A stretch of 64,000 nucleotides of DNA, taken from an uncultured delta proteobacterium. GTDB lineage: Bacteria > Desulfobacterota > RBG-13-43-22. The position numbers and the translations under genes are program-made. Each line of letters starts with the position of its first letter. Position 1 is the stretch's first letter. Positions 50,331-60,076 of this stretch are shown here, one piece after another. The notes beneath the pieces were generated by a model, which worked only from the letters and a program-made list of their open reading frames with translations, searched no databases and was not told the DNA's origin. The DNA lies in NCBI GenBank assembly GCA_963790475.1, contig CAWBOS010000012.1, positions 384,001-448,000 on the forward strand. Reading direction: 5' to 3'.

Positions 50331-51635
50331 ATGAAAGAAATTCAGGTGGGTTTAATCGGTTTTGGCACGGTGGGAACCGGCATGGTGAAGATTTTAATTG
50401 AGAAAGAAAAGCTTCTTCAATCCCTGGTCGGGGCGCCTTTGAAATTAAAACGGATCGCCGATCTCGATTTGAACCGGGATCGCGGGGTACCGATTCCCAA
50501 GGGGCTCTTAGTGGACAAAGCCGAAGACATTTTTAATGATCCGGATATTTCCATTGTCGTGGAACTGATCGGGGGTCTGGAACCGGCCCGAAGTTTTATT
50601 ATAAAGGCCCTGGAAAAAGGGAAACACGTAGTTACAGCCAACAAGGCCCTGCTGGCCCACAAGGGGGATGAAATCTTTCAAAAGGCGGAAGACTGCAAAC
50701 TGGACGTCGGCTTTGAAGCCAGTGTCTGCGGCGGCATCCCGGTTATCCTGGCCCTGCAACAGGGGCTGGTAGCCAATGAAATCGAAAGCATCCTGGGGAT
50801 ATTTAACGGGACTTCCAATTACATCTTGACTCGAATGACCGAAGAAGGACTGCCTTATTCGGAGGCCTTGAAAGAAGCCCAGCAAAAGGGGTACGCCGAG
50901 GCCGATCCCACCCTGGATGTAGAGGGTCTGGATACAGCTCATAAGCTTTCCATTTTAATGCATCTGGCTTATGGAGCTCCCTTAAATCCTGAGGCTATTT
51001 TTGTGGAAGGTATTACTCGAATCGGGGCCTTGGACATCGCCTTTGCCCGGGAATTCGGCTACTCGATTAAGCTGCTGGCTATCTGCCGCAAAGAAGGGGA
51101 CCTGTTGGAAGCCAGGGTCCACCCGACCATGATCCCTAAGGGACATATGCTGGCCGGTGTGCAGGGGGCCTACAATGCCCTTCTTATCAAGGGAGATTCG
51201 GTGGGAGATGTTTTGCTTTACGGCCAAGGGGCCGGCATGATGCCGACCGGAAGTGCCGTAGTCAGCGACCTGGTCAATATGGGCCGTAATATCAATAAGG
51301 GGATTACCCAAAGGATTCCCCGGAACCTGTCAATACAAGGGCTTAAGGAAAAGGGTTTGGCCTTAAAACCGTTTTCAGGGGTGATCGGTCGTTATTATTT
51401 TCGGTTTTCCGCGCTGGATCGCCCCGGTGTCCTTTCCACCATTGCCGGTATTCTCGGGGCCAATAAAATCAGTGTGGCCTCCGTGATCCAAAAAGGCCGA
51501 GAGGTTGAGGGGCCGGTCCCCATAGTCATGATGACCCATGAGGCCAAAGAATCCGCCGTCCAAAAGGCCATTCAGGAGATTGACCGCTTGACCGTGATTA
51601 CCGACCGAACGGTGATTATTAGGGTGGAAAATTAA
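50331..51635 (+). CDS. hom: Homoserine dehydrogenase with C-terminal ACT domain
   Basis: GFGTVGTG, VVTANKA, FEASVCGGIP, GYAEADPT.DVEG.D, DRPGVL. Confidence 0.96.
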   Translation: MKEIQVGLIGFGTVGTGMVKILIEKEKLLQSLVGAPLKLKRIADLDLNRDRGVPIPKGLLVDKAEDIFNDPDISIVVELIGGLEPARSFIIKALEKGKHVVTANKALLAHKGDEIFQKAEDCKLDVGFEASVCGGIPVILALQQGLVANEIESILGIFNGTSNYILTRMTEEGLPYSEALKEAQQKGYAEADPTLDVEGLDTAHKLSILMHLAYGAPLNPEAIFVEGITRIGALDIAFAREFGYSIKLLAICRKEGDLLEARVHPTMIPKGHMLAGVQGAYNALLIKGDSVGDVLLYGQGAGMMPTGSAVVSDLVNMGRNINKGITQRIPRNLSIQGLKEKGLALKPFSGVIGRYYFRFSALDRPGVLSTIAGILGANKISVASVIQKGREVEGPVPIVMMTHEAKESAVQKAIQEIDRLTVITDRTVIIRVEN

Positions 51636-51640
51636 AAGTT

Positions 51641-52879
51641 ATGAATTCGAAAGGCAGGAAATATATCATTCTGGTCGGAGACGGGATGGGCGATTACCCC
51701 CAGGAAAACCTGGACGGAAAGACCCCTCTGGAAGCGGCCCATACCCCCCACATGGATGCAGTAGCTTCCCAAGGACTAATGGGTTGGGCTCAAACCGTAC
51801 CCTCGGGTTGTGAACCGGGAAGCGATATTGCCAACCTTTCACTCCTGGGTTATGACCCCCTGGTCTACCATACCGGCCGCGCCCCCCTTGAAGCGGTCAG
51901 CATGGGGATCCGACTAAAGGAAAAGGATGTGGCCTTCCGCTGCAATCTGGTTTACCTGGATCACCCGGGCAATGAAGACGTGAGGATGAACTCTTATAGC
52001 GCAGGGCATATCACTACGGAAGAAGCCAGGATTTTAGTCAACGACCTTAATGGATTTTTAGCTCATCCCCAATTGTCTTTCCATCCCGGGGTCAGTTATC
52101 GACATATCCTGATCTGGGCCGGGGCCGATCCATCGGCCAAGACTACCGCGCCCCATGACCTGACCGGGCAGGATGTGACTGACTATTTGAATACCGCGGG
52201 AGAGTTAGGACCGATTGTGGATCTGATGCGCCGTTCCTGGCTATTCCTAAGCCAACACCCGGTTAATAAATCCAGGCAGGAGCGCGGTCTGGTTCCAGCC
52301 AACTCCATTTGGCTGTGGGGACAGGGGAAAAGCCCGGACATGCCCGCTTTCCAGAAAAGGTTCGGCCTTCGAGGAGGAGTAATTTCGGCCGTGGATCTTT
52401 TGAAGGGAATAGGACTGTCCGCCGGTCTGGAACCCCTTTTTGTGGAAGGGATGACCGGCTATTTAGACTCTAATTTCCGGGGAAAGGCCGATAAGGCCCT
52501 GGGCGTTCTAAATGAAAAAGACCTGGTGTATGTCCATATCGAGGCCCCGGATGAGGCCTCTCACGAGGGAAGTCTGGAGAAAAAGATCCAGGCCATTGAG
52601 GCCTTTGATCGAGAGGTTGTGGGGCCTGTTGTGGAAGGGCTCAATCGTTTTGAAGCCTATTCCCTATTGATCGTCACCGATCATTTCACCCCTATTCAGG
52701 TTATGACCCATACCCGGGAACCGGTTCCTTTTGCCGTCTTCCGATCAGAAGATCAACGCCGTCATTCCCGAAGAAGGGGTTTTTCAGAAAGATCGGCTTT
52801 TGAGGGGGAAGTCTCCTTCCTGAAAGGAGACCGGTTGATGCCCTGGTTCATACATTCTCATCAGGAGTTATCCAAATGA
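51641..52879 (+). CDS. Cofactor-independent phosphoglycerate mutase family protein (ApgM-like; proposed homoserine kinase)
   Basis: GDGMGD, KTPLEAA, GSDIAN, GRAPLEA, HIEAPDEASH, DHFTP..TH. Confidence 0.85.
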   Translation: MNSKGRKYIILVGDGMGDYPQENLDGKTPLEAAHTPHMDAVASQGLMGWAQTVPSGCEPGSDIANLSLLGYDPLVYHTGRAPLEAVSMGIRLKEKDVAFRCNLVYLDHPGNEDVRMNSYSAGHITTEEARILVNDLNGFLAHPQLSFHPGVSYRHILIWAGADPSAKTTAPHDLTGQDVTDYLNTAGELGPIVDLMRRSWLFLSQHPVNKSRQERGLVPANSIWLWGQGKSPDMPAFQKRFGLRGGVISAVDLLKGIGLSAGLEPLFVEGMTGYLDSNFRGKADKALGVLNEKDLVYVHIEAPDEASHEGSLEKKIQAIEAFDREVVGPVVEGLNRFEAYSLLIVTDHFTPIQVMTHTREPVPFAVFRSEDQRRHSRRRGFSERSAFEGEVSFLKGDRLMPWFIHSHQELSK

Positions 52880-53277
52880 AATTCTTTCAGACGACCTACC
52901 GGGTAATTTACGGCGACGTGGATGCCATGAAAATGGCCTATTATGCCAATTATCTACGCTGGTTTGAAATCGGCCGTTCGGAATTGATCCGTCATTTGGG
53001 TCTTCCTTATGCCGGGATAGAGGCTCTGGGTTATCTGTTGCCGGTTACTGAGGCCTTCTGCAAATATAATAAGCCGGCCCGTTATGATGAAATCATTTTG
53101 ATCAATACCGGCGTAGGGTTCATTCGCAAGGCCTCTATGCGTTTTGATTATCGAATTTTGAATCAGGAGAACGATCTTCTGGCTCAAGGACACACCATCC
53201 ATGCCTGTCTGGATGGGGAAGGTAAATTAGTCCGTCTTCCTGAACCCGTAGTTACCCTTTTGGGGAAGTGGGATTAG
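52876..53277 (+). CDS. Acyl-CoA thioesterase (YbgC/FadM family)
   Basis: RVIYGDVDAM..YYANYLRWFEIGR, PARYD. Confidence 0.88.
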   Translation: MKFFQTTYRVIYGDVDAMKMAYYANYLRWFEIGRSELIRHLGLPYAGIEALGYLLPVTEAFCKYNKPARYDEIILINTGVGFIRKASMRFDYRILNQENDLLAQGHTIHACLDGEGKLVRLPEPVVTLLGKWD

Positions 53278-53367
53278 TTATGCTGTATGGCTTAGAATTC
53301 AGGAGATAGTAGTTACTCGGAAAAGTAATCACTATTTCAAGATGGGTTAATAGTTTGGAGAAAACCT

Positions 53368-53751
53368 ATGTCGGCAATCGAAGCCGCTAAAGCCGTTGAG
53401 GCCTTTTTTGAAGCCTTTAACGCCCATGACGGCGAGGCACACCTGAACACCCATCATTTTCCTCATATCCGCATCAACGACAAAGGCCAGGTACGTATCG
53501 TTCAAAATGCTTCCGAAACCCAGCCCCTGGACTCGGTACTCGAATATCTGACCAAGCGCGAGGGATGGCATCACAGCACTCTGGATTCGGTGGAAGTCAT
53601 TCACGCTTCACCGCTGAAGGTACATTTTAATATCCAATTCAGCCGATACAAGGCCGACGGGTCCAGGTACGCGGTTCATAAATCCCTGTGGGTAGTCACC
53701 AATAAAGACGAACGTTGGGGCATATTGGCTCGTTCCAGTTACGCCCCCTAA
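53368..53751 (+). CDS. Hypothetical protein, NTF2/SnoaL-like fold
   Basis: VEAFFEAFNAHD, HFPH, FSRY..DG, WGILARSSYAP; RBS GGAG. Confidence 0.65.
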   Translation: MSAIEAAKAVEAFFEAFNAHDGEAHLNTHHFPHIRINDKGQVRIVQNASETQPLDSVLEYLTKREGWHHSTLDSVEVIHASPLKVHFNIQFSRYKADGSRYAVHKSLWVVTNKDERWGILARSSYAP

Positions 53752-54178
53752 AGAATAAATCTCGAAGTCGCAGAACATACCAATAGGTCAAAAATGAAGA
53801 CTCCGCTGGGGTTTCCCGTGAAGTTAATAAAATGGGGTCTCCAGGGCCTCTTGAAAAAAAAGTGTACTCGAATTTAATTTTAACCCCCCTGCCCTCGGTG
53901 ATTAGCCGCCAATGTTTTTTTAAATATTGCTTTAATTCTTGACACAAAATATTGTTTTTAATATCATGATTCCATCTTTGTTGAGAAACCTTTCCCAGAT
54001 AATGCTTGATGGTTTGAATAGTTTCAAGCGAAGCGCTGGTCCTATCCCTAGTTGTAAAATAGAAGGTGAATCGCCGTAAATATCTTCCTTCTCCGCTTTT
54101 TCACTGGCGGATTGCCGATAAATTTTCATAGTCACCCATTAGTTAAAACAGAATAGCTAAAATTCAAAAGGTGGTGCC

Positions 54179-55723
54179 ATGGTAAAACCAACCCTGTCGG
54201 AAAATGGCCTTCTCTTGAATGTCGGTGTGGTGGCCAAGGGAGAGCAATGTGTAACCCTCATGAGGGATCTTGGTGCCATTAAGCTTTCACGGCTGAGGAT
54301 CAGGCTGGCGGCAATCGCTACCACCACAAAGTCCGCGTCCTGTTATAAATACGCCGGAGAATTGGGGATCAGGGTATTTGAAAATTATCTTGACCTCTTA
54401 TCTTTGGAATATCTGGATCTAATTCTTGAGCTTACCGGAAGTAATCAAATTCTTTCGGAAATCATAAAACGCAAACCCGCCGCTATCGGCATTCTGGATC
54501 AGAAGTCTTCCTCGTTGTTTTTTGATATCGCCCACCTTTATGATCATATGGGGCAAAAGGATACGGAGATTACCCTGGCAACCTCCTTTGCTTCAACTTT
54601 ACTGGAGGCTTCCCCGGACGGCGTTCTTGTCCTTGACCGGGATTACCGCATCATCAACAGCAATAATTCACCTCTGGTCACCGGAGGGCTGGATCGAAAT
54701 GCCATTCTCGGTAAATTCTGTCATGAGGTGATGAGTCTGGTGCGGACGCCCTGTTACAATATAGATGCCTGTTGCTCGGTCCAGGAAACAATTAAAACCG
54801 GAAAGCCCGCCCGCAGAGTTAATGATCTGGCCCTTTCCGATGGGAGCACTCGAATCTGCCAGATCACGGCCTATCCCATCTTCAATCGCTTCAATGAGAT
54901 GGTGCAGTTTGTCATTACCGTAAGGGATATGACCCAGGAACTCAGCGAAAGAATCCTGTTACAAACTGAGGTCATTAAGAAAGACCTGACCCGTGTGGTC
55001 AAAGAAGACCGGCTGTCCTCTCTGGGCAGGCTTGTGGCTTCGGTTTGCCATGAGATCAACAATCCCATAACCAGCATTGTTACGTTTACTAAACTGGTTT
55101 TATCTTATCTTAAGGATAAGGATTCAACCGCCAGGCCGCCGGACCTGGAACGTTACCTGGAATTGTCTTTTCGTGAAGCGCTTCGATGCGGCGGCATCGT
55201 AAAAAACCTGCTGACTTTCGCCCGCCAGGATAATGTCGAGGCCACCCATATCGACATCATAGAAATGATAAACACCATATCGCTGTTGACCAGCCATCAG
55301 CTTCAACTGGCCGACGTGGTCTTTAGCGTTGAACTGCCAACTCCACCGTTCACTGCCTGGGGGGATTACGGTCAGATTCAGCAATGCCTGCTAAACCTGA
55401 TTTTTAATGCCATCGATGCCATGCCCAAAGGCGGGAGCCTGGTTATCAAAGGGGAGGAAGACGAGACCAAAGATTTCATTCGCCTGGAAGTGACGGACAC
55501 CGGCCAGGGGATCGATCCGGAACATTTGCATCAAATTTTTGAACCTTTTTTTACCACCAAAACTGATGGGAAAGGGGTTGGATTGGGGCTGGCCATGGTG
55601 TACGGTATCATTCATGAACATCATGGGGTAATAGAAGTTGACAGCATCCCCGAAAGGGGAACGACCTTTCGCATCAAGCTTCCTAAAAGTCCGATTGAGG
55701 AAGAGAGAGGAGCAGCGGCATGA
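54179..55723 (+). CDS. Sensor histidine kinase (Rossmann-like N-terminus, Cys-rich PAS, HisKA/HATPase)
   Basis: H-box CHEINNP, NLIFNAIDA, DTGQG, FEPFFTTK, GVGLGL; PAS with CHE..PC..CC. Confidence 0.93.
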   Translation: MVKPTLSENGLLLNVGVVAKGEQCVTLMRDLGAIKLSRLRIRLAAIATTTKSASCYKYAGELGIRVFENYLDLLSLEYLDLILELTGSNQILSEIIKRKPAAIGILDQKSSSLFFDIAHLYDHMGQKDTEITLATSFASTLLEASPDGVLVLDRDYRIINSNNSPLVTGGLDRNAILGKFCHEVMSLVRTPCYNIDACCSVQETIKTGKPARRVNDLALSDGSTRICQITAYPIFNRFNEMVQFVITVRDMTQELSERILLQTEVIKKDLTRVVKEDRLSSLGRLVASVCHEINNPITSIVTFTKLVLSYLKDKDSTARPPDLERYLELSFREALRCGGIVKNLLTFARQDNVEATHIDIIEMINTISLLTSHQLQLADVVFSVELPTPPFTAWGDYGQIQQCLLNLIFNAIDAMPKGGSLVIKGEEDETKDFIRLEVTDTGQGIDPEHLHQIFEPFFTTKTDGKGVGLGLAMVYGIIHEHHGVIEVDSIPERGTTFRIKLPKSPIEEERGAAA

Positions 55724-57063
55724 AAGCATCCACTCATATAATGGTTGTAGACGATGAGGAGACAATCTGTGAAGCGCTCATGGCCTGGTTCATCAAAGAC
55801 GGATATAAGGTTGACACCGCCTTATCCGGTGCAGAGGCCTTGGTCCATCTTGAAGAGAAAGATTTTGATATTTTCCTGGTGGATGTCAAAATGCCGGGGA
55901 TGGACGGCATCGAACTCCTGTCCCGAATCAAAGAAAAACATCCGGAAGCGGTTGTTATTATGATGACGGCCTATGGCTCGATCCAGACGGCAGTGGAAGC
56001 CATGAAGCGGGGGGCAGGAGACTACTTATGCAAACCATTTGATCCCGATTCATTGTCTCTGCTCATGGAGCGGGTGATGATGCATAAAAAATTGAAAAAA
56101 GAAAACATCGTCTTAAAAGAAAGGCTGCTTGAACAACAGGAAGAAGCCCTGGATGTTTTTATCGTTCATTCCGAACCCATGCGGAAAATATTTTCTACAG
56201 TGGATGAAGTGGCCCAATCTTCCGCTCCCATCCTGATTACCGGAGAAACGGGGGTCGGAAAGGATCTGGTTGCCAGAGCGATCCATCTAAGGAGTCCGCG
56301 GTCTTTCGGACCTTTTGTGGCAATCAATTGCGGGGCATTATCCGAGTCTCTCCTGGAAAGCGAACTGTTCGGTCATGAAAAGGGAGCTTTTACCGGTGCC
56401 CTTAAAACTAGGCGGGGGTGTTTGGAGATGGCGGACAATGGGACTCTTTTTTTAGACGAGATCGGAGAAATTTCATCCAAAGTGCAGATCAGTTTGTTAC
56501 GGGTGTTGGAAGAGAAGCGCTTTTTAAGGCTGGGCGGAAGCAATTCCGTGTCTTCGGATTTCAGGTTGATCACCGCCACCCATCGGGATCTTCCTCCCTT
56601 GATCAAGGAGAATCAATTCAGAGAGGATTTTTACTACCGCATCAATGTTATCACGATCCATATCCCCCCGTTGCGAGAACGTAAGGAAGACATTCCTGTC
56701 CTTTCTGATCATTTTCTCAAACGATACGTGGAAGAAACGGGAAAACATCTGGAAGGTTTTAGCGCAGGGGCCCTTGAACATCTGACGGCCTACCCCTGGC
56801 CCGGAAATGTCAGGGAATTGAAAAACGTTATCGAACGAGCTGTGGTAATAGCCAGGGGTCGGATGATCGGTGTCGAGGAGCTTAAGTTCTTAGATCCCGG
56901 GAAGAAGACAGTCGTTCCGTCGTCCGTTACCCTTGAGGAACTGGAAAAGAATCATATCGAATCAATCCTGGAATCATGCGATGGGAATATCAGCCATGCG
57001 GCGAAAAAACTGGGAATCAACCGGAGTACCCTGTCTCGAAAAATGAAACGATACCTTAAATAA
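55720..57063 (+). CDS. sigma54-dependent response regulator (NtrC family)
   Basis: REC (VVDD, DVKMP, KP), GETGVGK, ESELFGHEKGAFTGA, WPGNVREL, Fis-type HTH. Confidence 0.95.
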   Translation: MKASTHIMVVDDEETICEALMAWFIKDGYKVDTALSGAEALVHLEEKDFDIFLVDVKMPGMDGIELLSRIKEKHPEAVVIMMTAYGSIQTAVEAMKRGAGDYLCKPFDPDSLSLLMERVMMHKKLKKENIVLKERLLEQQEEALDVFIVHSEPMRKIFSTVDEVAQSSAPILITGETGVGKDLVARAIHLRSPRSFGPFVAINCGALSESLLESELFGHEKGAFTGALKTRRGCLEMADNGTLFLDEIGEISSKVQISLLRVLEEKRFLRLGGSNSVSSDFRLITATHRDLPPLIKENQFREDFYYRINVITIHIPPLRERKEDIPVLSDHFLKRYVEETGKHLEGFSAGALEHLTAYPWPGNVRELKNVIERAVVIARGRMIGVEELKFLDPGKKTVVPSSVTLEELEKNHIESILESCDGNISHAAKKLGINRSTLSRKMKRYLK

Positions 57064-57110
57064 AATTGAACATTTTTCAAAAGTTCTCTCGGAAAGAGAC
57101 GTAAAAACAG

Positions 57111-57671
57111 TTGACTGCAGACCCACCGGTATCCGTTGAAGAAACCCATGTGGATCTTTTCCCCCTGGGCAGGATGGATATGACGGCCGTATCGGTAGTT
57201 GCGGCCAACTTGCAGGCGATCCTGGGGCTCAATACCCAGATTCACCAGGTTCAACCGGAACCTGACTATGCGTTCCTTCCCCGCAGGGGGCAATATGAGG
57301 CCGGAAAAATTATTAATGCCCTGGCGGCCCTTCCTGGTGGGCCCTGGCTCAGACTGGCAGTGGTTGGTGTTGATATTTACACGCCAATCCTGACCTTTGT
57401 TTTCGGAGAATCACAATTGGGCGGAAAAGCTGCCGTTATTTCTTTGTTTCGAGTCCATAGCAAAAACAGGGATAAGACCTACAACAGAATCGCAAAAATA
57501 GCTATTCATGAAATCGGGCACCTGTTGGGCATTGTCCACTGCCAGACGATGGATTGCCTGATGAGATTTTCCAACAGTCTGGAAAAGCTGGATGACCTGC
57601 CCCTGAGGTTCTGTCCGGCCTGTGAATACGAAGCCAGGAGACGTTTGAGACATCTGTTCGGCAAACTTTAA
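57111..57671 (+). CDS. Archaemetzincin (peptidase M54) family Zn metalloprotease
   Basis: RRGQY, LTFVFGE, HEIGHLLGIVHC..CLM.FSNS..D...FCPAC. Confidence 0.9.
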   Translation: MTADPPVSVEETHVDLFPLGRMDMTAVSVVAANLQAILGLNTQIHQVQPEPDYAFLPRRGQYEAGKIINALAALPGGPWLRLAVVGVDIYTPILTFVFGESQLGGKAAVISLFRVHSKNRDKTYNRIAKIAIHEIGHLLGIVHCQTMDCLMRFSNSLEKLDDLPLRFCPACEYEARRRLRHLFGKL

Positions 57672-57728
57672 GGGTAAGGTCTAAGGTATAAGGTTTAAGG
57701 AAAACCTTAAACCTTATACCTCCTACCA
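57670..57728. repeat. Heptamer tandem/inverted repeat between convergent genes
   Basis: TAAGGTC TAAGGTA TAAGGTT TAAGG ... CCTTAAA CCTTATA CCTCCTA. Confidence 0.75.
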
Positions 57729-57770
57729 GTATTTTTGGACACTCGAACTCTTGCCCCCCCTTTTTTCATT

Positions 57771-58694
57771 CTATAGTGAGTGCAGAAATTCATTCACCAA
57801 CCGTTCCCAACCGATTTCAGGAACTTCGCTAAATATATCTTTAAGGGCCTCGCCGCCTGTGGCTGCCATTTTATACTGCATTTCCTCCCCGCGAACCTCA
57901 CCCATCAATGTTTGAAGACGGAAGAATTCGTCATCGATCCAGGAAAGACTTTCCTGGCCGAAGAAGAGATTTTTGAGGTTATTGCGAAGGGAAGAGGGTT
58001 GGATCACCATTAGCCATCCTTCTCCGTAAGGATCCTCGTTGGCAATGGTGGTTTTATTCAGCAGTTTTTGATTTACGGCAACGACTTTTCCATCCACGGG
58101 GCTGAGGACCGGAGCTTCTTTCCCATTGCGTTTTAACACGGCCTGAGGACGGTTTTGACCGACGCTGGATCCCAGACCCGGAATTTGAATTTCATTCTGG
58201 GGTCCCAGCAGTCGAAGGGCGAAGTCGTCGATGCCGATCCGAACCCGTCCCCCGTATTCCACCCTGGCCCAGGCGTGTCCGTAATGATAATAATGATCGC
58301 GGGCGACATTGAAACCGGAAGCGGCATCCACAACGGGCGGTTTAAGATTCGGCAGATAACTGGCATCTTCAATCATCTGATCAAAAGGACATTTTACACA
58401 GTTATATCCTTGCGAACATAACCCGTAAGATATGCGTCCGCTCAGCATATGTCGGCATTTGCCCTGGTTCATGAGAAGAAGCATTCTGGGGGGCCTGGGG
58501 TCTGTTTTCCCATCAACTTTTCTCTTCTCCTCGAATTTGGCCAGCACCTGATTATCCATAACGCATCCGAGACAGTCAAAAGCATTGATGCATTTGGTAG
58601 GCTTGATTACCCCGGCTCGTCCCCATACACATTGATTATTGACCATTGAAAAAACTACAGGCTGTCTGACCCCTTTTTGTTCATTCTTTTTCAT
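57771..58694 (-). CDS. GcvH-like protein with two N-terminal Cx12Cx5Cx2C repeats and no lipoyl-Lys
   Basis: YYHYGHAWA, VRIGIDDFA, SPVDGKVVAVN, DPYGEGWL; N-terminal CVW..CINAFDCLGC and CRHM..CSQGYNCVKC. Confidence 0.85.
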   Translation of the reverse strand: MKKNEQKGVRQPVVFSMVNNQCVWGRAGVIKPTKCINAFDCLGCVMDNQVLAKFEEKRKVDGKTDPRPPRMLLLMNQGKCRHMLSGRISYGLCSQGYNCVKCPFDQMIEDASYLPNLKPPVVDAASGFNVARDHYYHYGHAWARVEYGGRVRIGIDDFALRLLGPQNEIQIPGLGSSVGQNRPQAVLKRNGKEAPVLSPVDGKVVAVNQKLLNKTTIANEDPYGEGWLMVIQPSSLRNNLKNLFFGQESLSWIDDEFFRLQTLMGEVRGEEMQYKMAATGGEALKDIFSEVPEIGWERLVNEFLHSL

Positions 58695-58759
58695 GGGACT
58701 CTCCTTTAAGCTGAATATAAAAAGATTTTCTTATTCGGAATTTTAAAATGCTTTCACTG

Positions 58760-58880
58760 GAGGTTCTTGCAAATCTCCCAAATTTCGTCACACCGGCGAA
58801 AGCCGGTGTCCAGAATGCATTGAAAAGACTGGATTCCGGCTTTCGCCGGAATGACATCACTGGACTTTTGCAAGAGGCTC
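58760..58880. mobile_element. MITE-like element with an internal REP-like double palindrome
   Basis: Imperfect TIRs GAGGTTCTTGCAAATCTC / GACTTTTGCAAGAGGCTC, flanking 4-bp direct repeat ACTG, internal CGTCACACCGGCGAAAGCCGGTGTCCAG...CTGGATTCCGGCTTTCGCCGGAATGAC. Confidence 0.7.
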
Positions 58881-58892
58881 ACTGATCATCCA

Positions 58893-58910
58893 TTGCAGGT
58901 TCTGGGCCAA
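58893..58910 (-). promoter_or_regulatory. sigma54 (-24/-12) promoter of the GcvH-like gene
   Basis: Minus strand TTGGCCCAGAACCTGCAA = GG-N10-GC; TGCA-rich candidate enhancer sites at about 59080-59126. Confidence 0.7.
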
Positions 58911-59218
58911 TCATTGAAACAAAAGAGTTCCCATCATGTAACTGATTAAAGTCATAATGAATATTAAAACAGGGGCCAAATGGGATTAGGCGAGAAAAGG
59001 ACTTGACCGGAGACTGTTCTCTGCTTCATTTCACAGCAGATTTTTAAAGGAAAGTTGTTATTTAATAAATTTCAATGAGTTGTAATGATGCCACATTCTG
59101 CATAGCGCGATGCATAATGCGGCATCCGAAAGAGAAACCTAGTTTATGGGGCAACGGTAGTGATGAGGGGATTTAAATTCTTTTTCTGGGGAACCTTGGG
59201 GAAATCGGGTATGACTTA

Positions 59219-59560
59219 TTACTTTTTCTTTTTCTTGACCGGTAGCGATATGGCGAATTCAACGCCTTTCATAACCCATTTTCTCAGATCCTTATCGGAC
59301 TCAGTTCCTTTCTCACCAACGTAAAGAAAACCCTTCAACGGTTTCCCGGTAAAATCCATTTTTCGCACATAGGGTTGGTAAAGCATTTTTTCAGAGGAGT
59401 CCGGTTCCATACGGATCATCAGGTCATCGTTCACCAAGCCTAAGGCCATATTGCCGTTAACCAGGAAACAAAGCCCCCCGAACATTTTCTTTTCTGACAG
59501 ACCTTCAACTTTTTCGAGGATCTTTCGAACACGAATCGCAAGTTCATCGTCAAATGACAT
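59219..59560 (-). CDS. TfoX/Sxy N-terminal domain protein
   Basis: MSFDDELAIRVR, EKKMFGGLCFLVNGNM, MDFTGKPLKGFLYV. Confidence 0.85.
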   Translation of the reverse strand: MSFDDELAIRVRKILEKVEGLSEKKMFGGLCFLVNGNMALGLVNDDLMIRMEPDSSEKMLYQPYVRKMDFTGKPLKGFLYVGEKGTESDKDLRKWVMKGVEFAISLPVKKKKK

Positions 59561-59566
59561 TTTTTC

Positions 59567-59637
59567 CCTCAAGGGTATGCTTCACCGGCATGTTCGATGT
59601 CCCCATATAGAACCTACGGTGGAAGCGATGGTTTGCC
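59567..59637 (-). mobile_element. Degenerate integron attC site
   Basis: R'' GGCAAAC, 5 bp, L'' CTTCCACC ... L' GGTGAAG, 6 bp, R' CTTGAGG (GTT mutated to CTT). Confidence 0.6.
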
Positions 59638-59647
59638 AGAATGTTCG

Positions 59648-60076
59648 TTACTTCAACGGGTTTCTCCACTTGATCCCAGGAAAGCGAGAGAAGTCGGTAT
59701 CGGTGGAAATTAGTTCACAACCGTGTTCACTTGCCAGAGCGGCCAGATGCGCATCGGTCACAAGGTTGGCAATGGCTTGGCCCTCAACCAACATTTTTTG
59801 AAAGATGATCCAGTGCCGGTCGGTAGGATGAATGATGCGCGTGCAGGGTTGATCCAACCAGCTCTGCACACGAGAGAGCGCCTGGTCGAGAGACAGGGGG
59901 TGCTCAAAGACACGCGGATTCGTGCCGATGCGGATGAACGCCCCAAGGACGGTCCAGCAAAGACATACCGGCGAGGCACCAGACAACTGGGCATCCCACC
60001 ATTCGCGGGCCTCCATATGGTGAGGACTCTGCCGGTCTTCGGCATACAAAAGGATATTGGCATCCACGAGGATCAC
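59648..60076 (-). CDS. VapC-family PIN domain toxin
   Basis: MILVDANILLYA, FIRIGTNPR, LVTDAHLAALA.EH, STDTDFSRFPG...NPL. Confidence 0.92.
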   Translation of the reverse strand: MILVDANILLYAEDRQSPHHMEAREWWDAQLSGASPVCLCWTVLGAFIRIGTNPRVFEHPLSLDQALSRVQSWLDQPCTRIIHPTDRHWIIFQKMLVEGQAIANLVTDAHLAALASEHGCELISTDTDFSRFPGIKWRNPLK

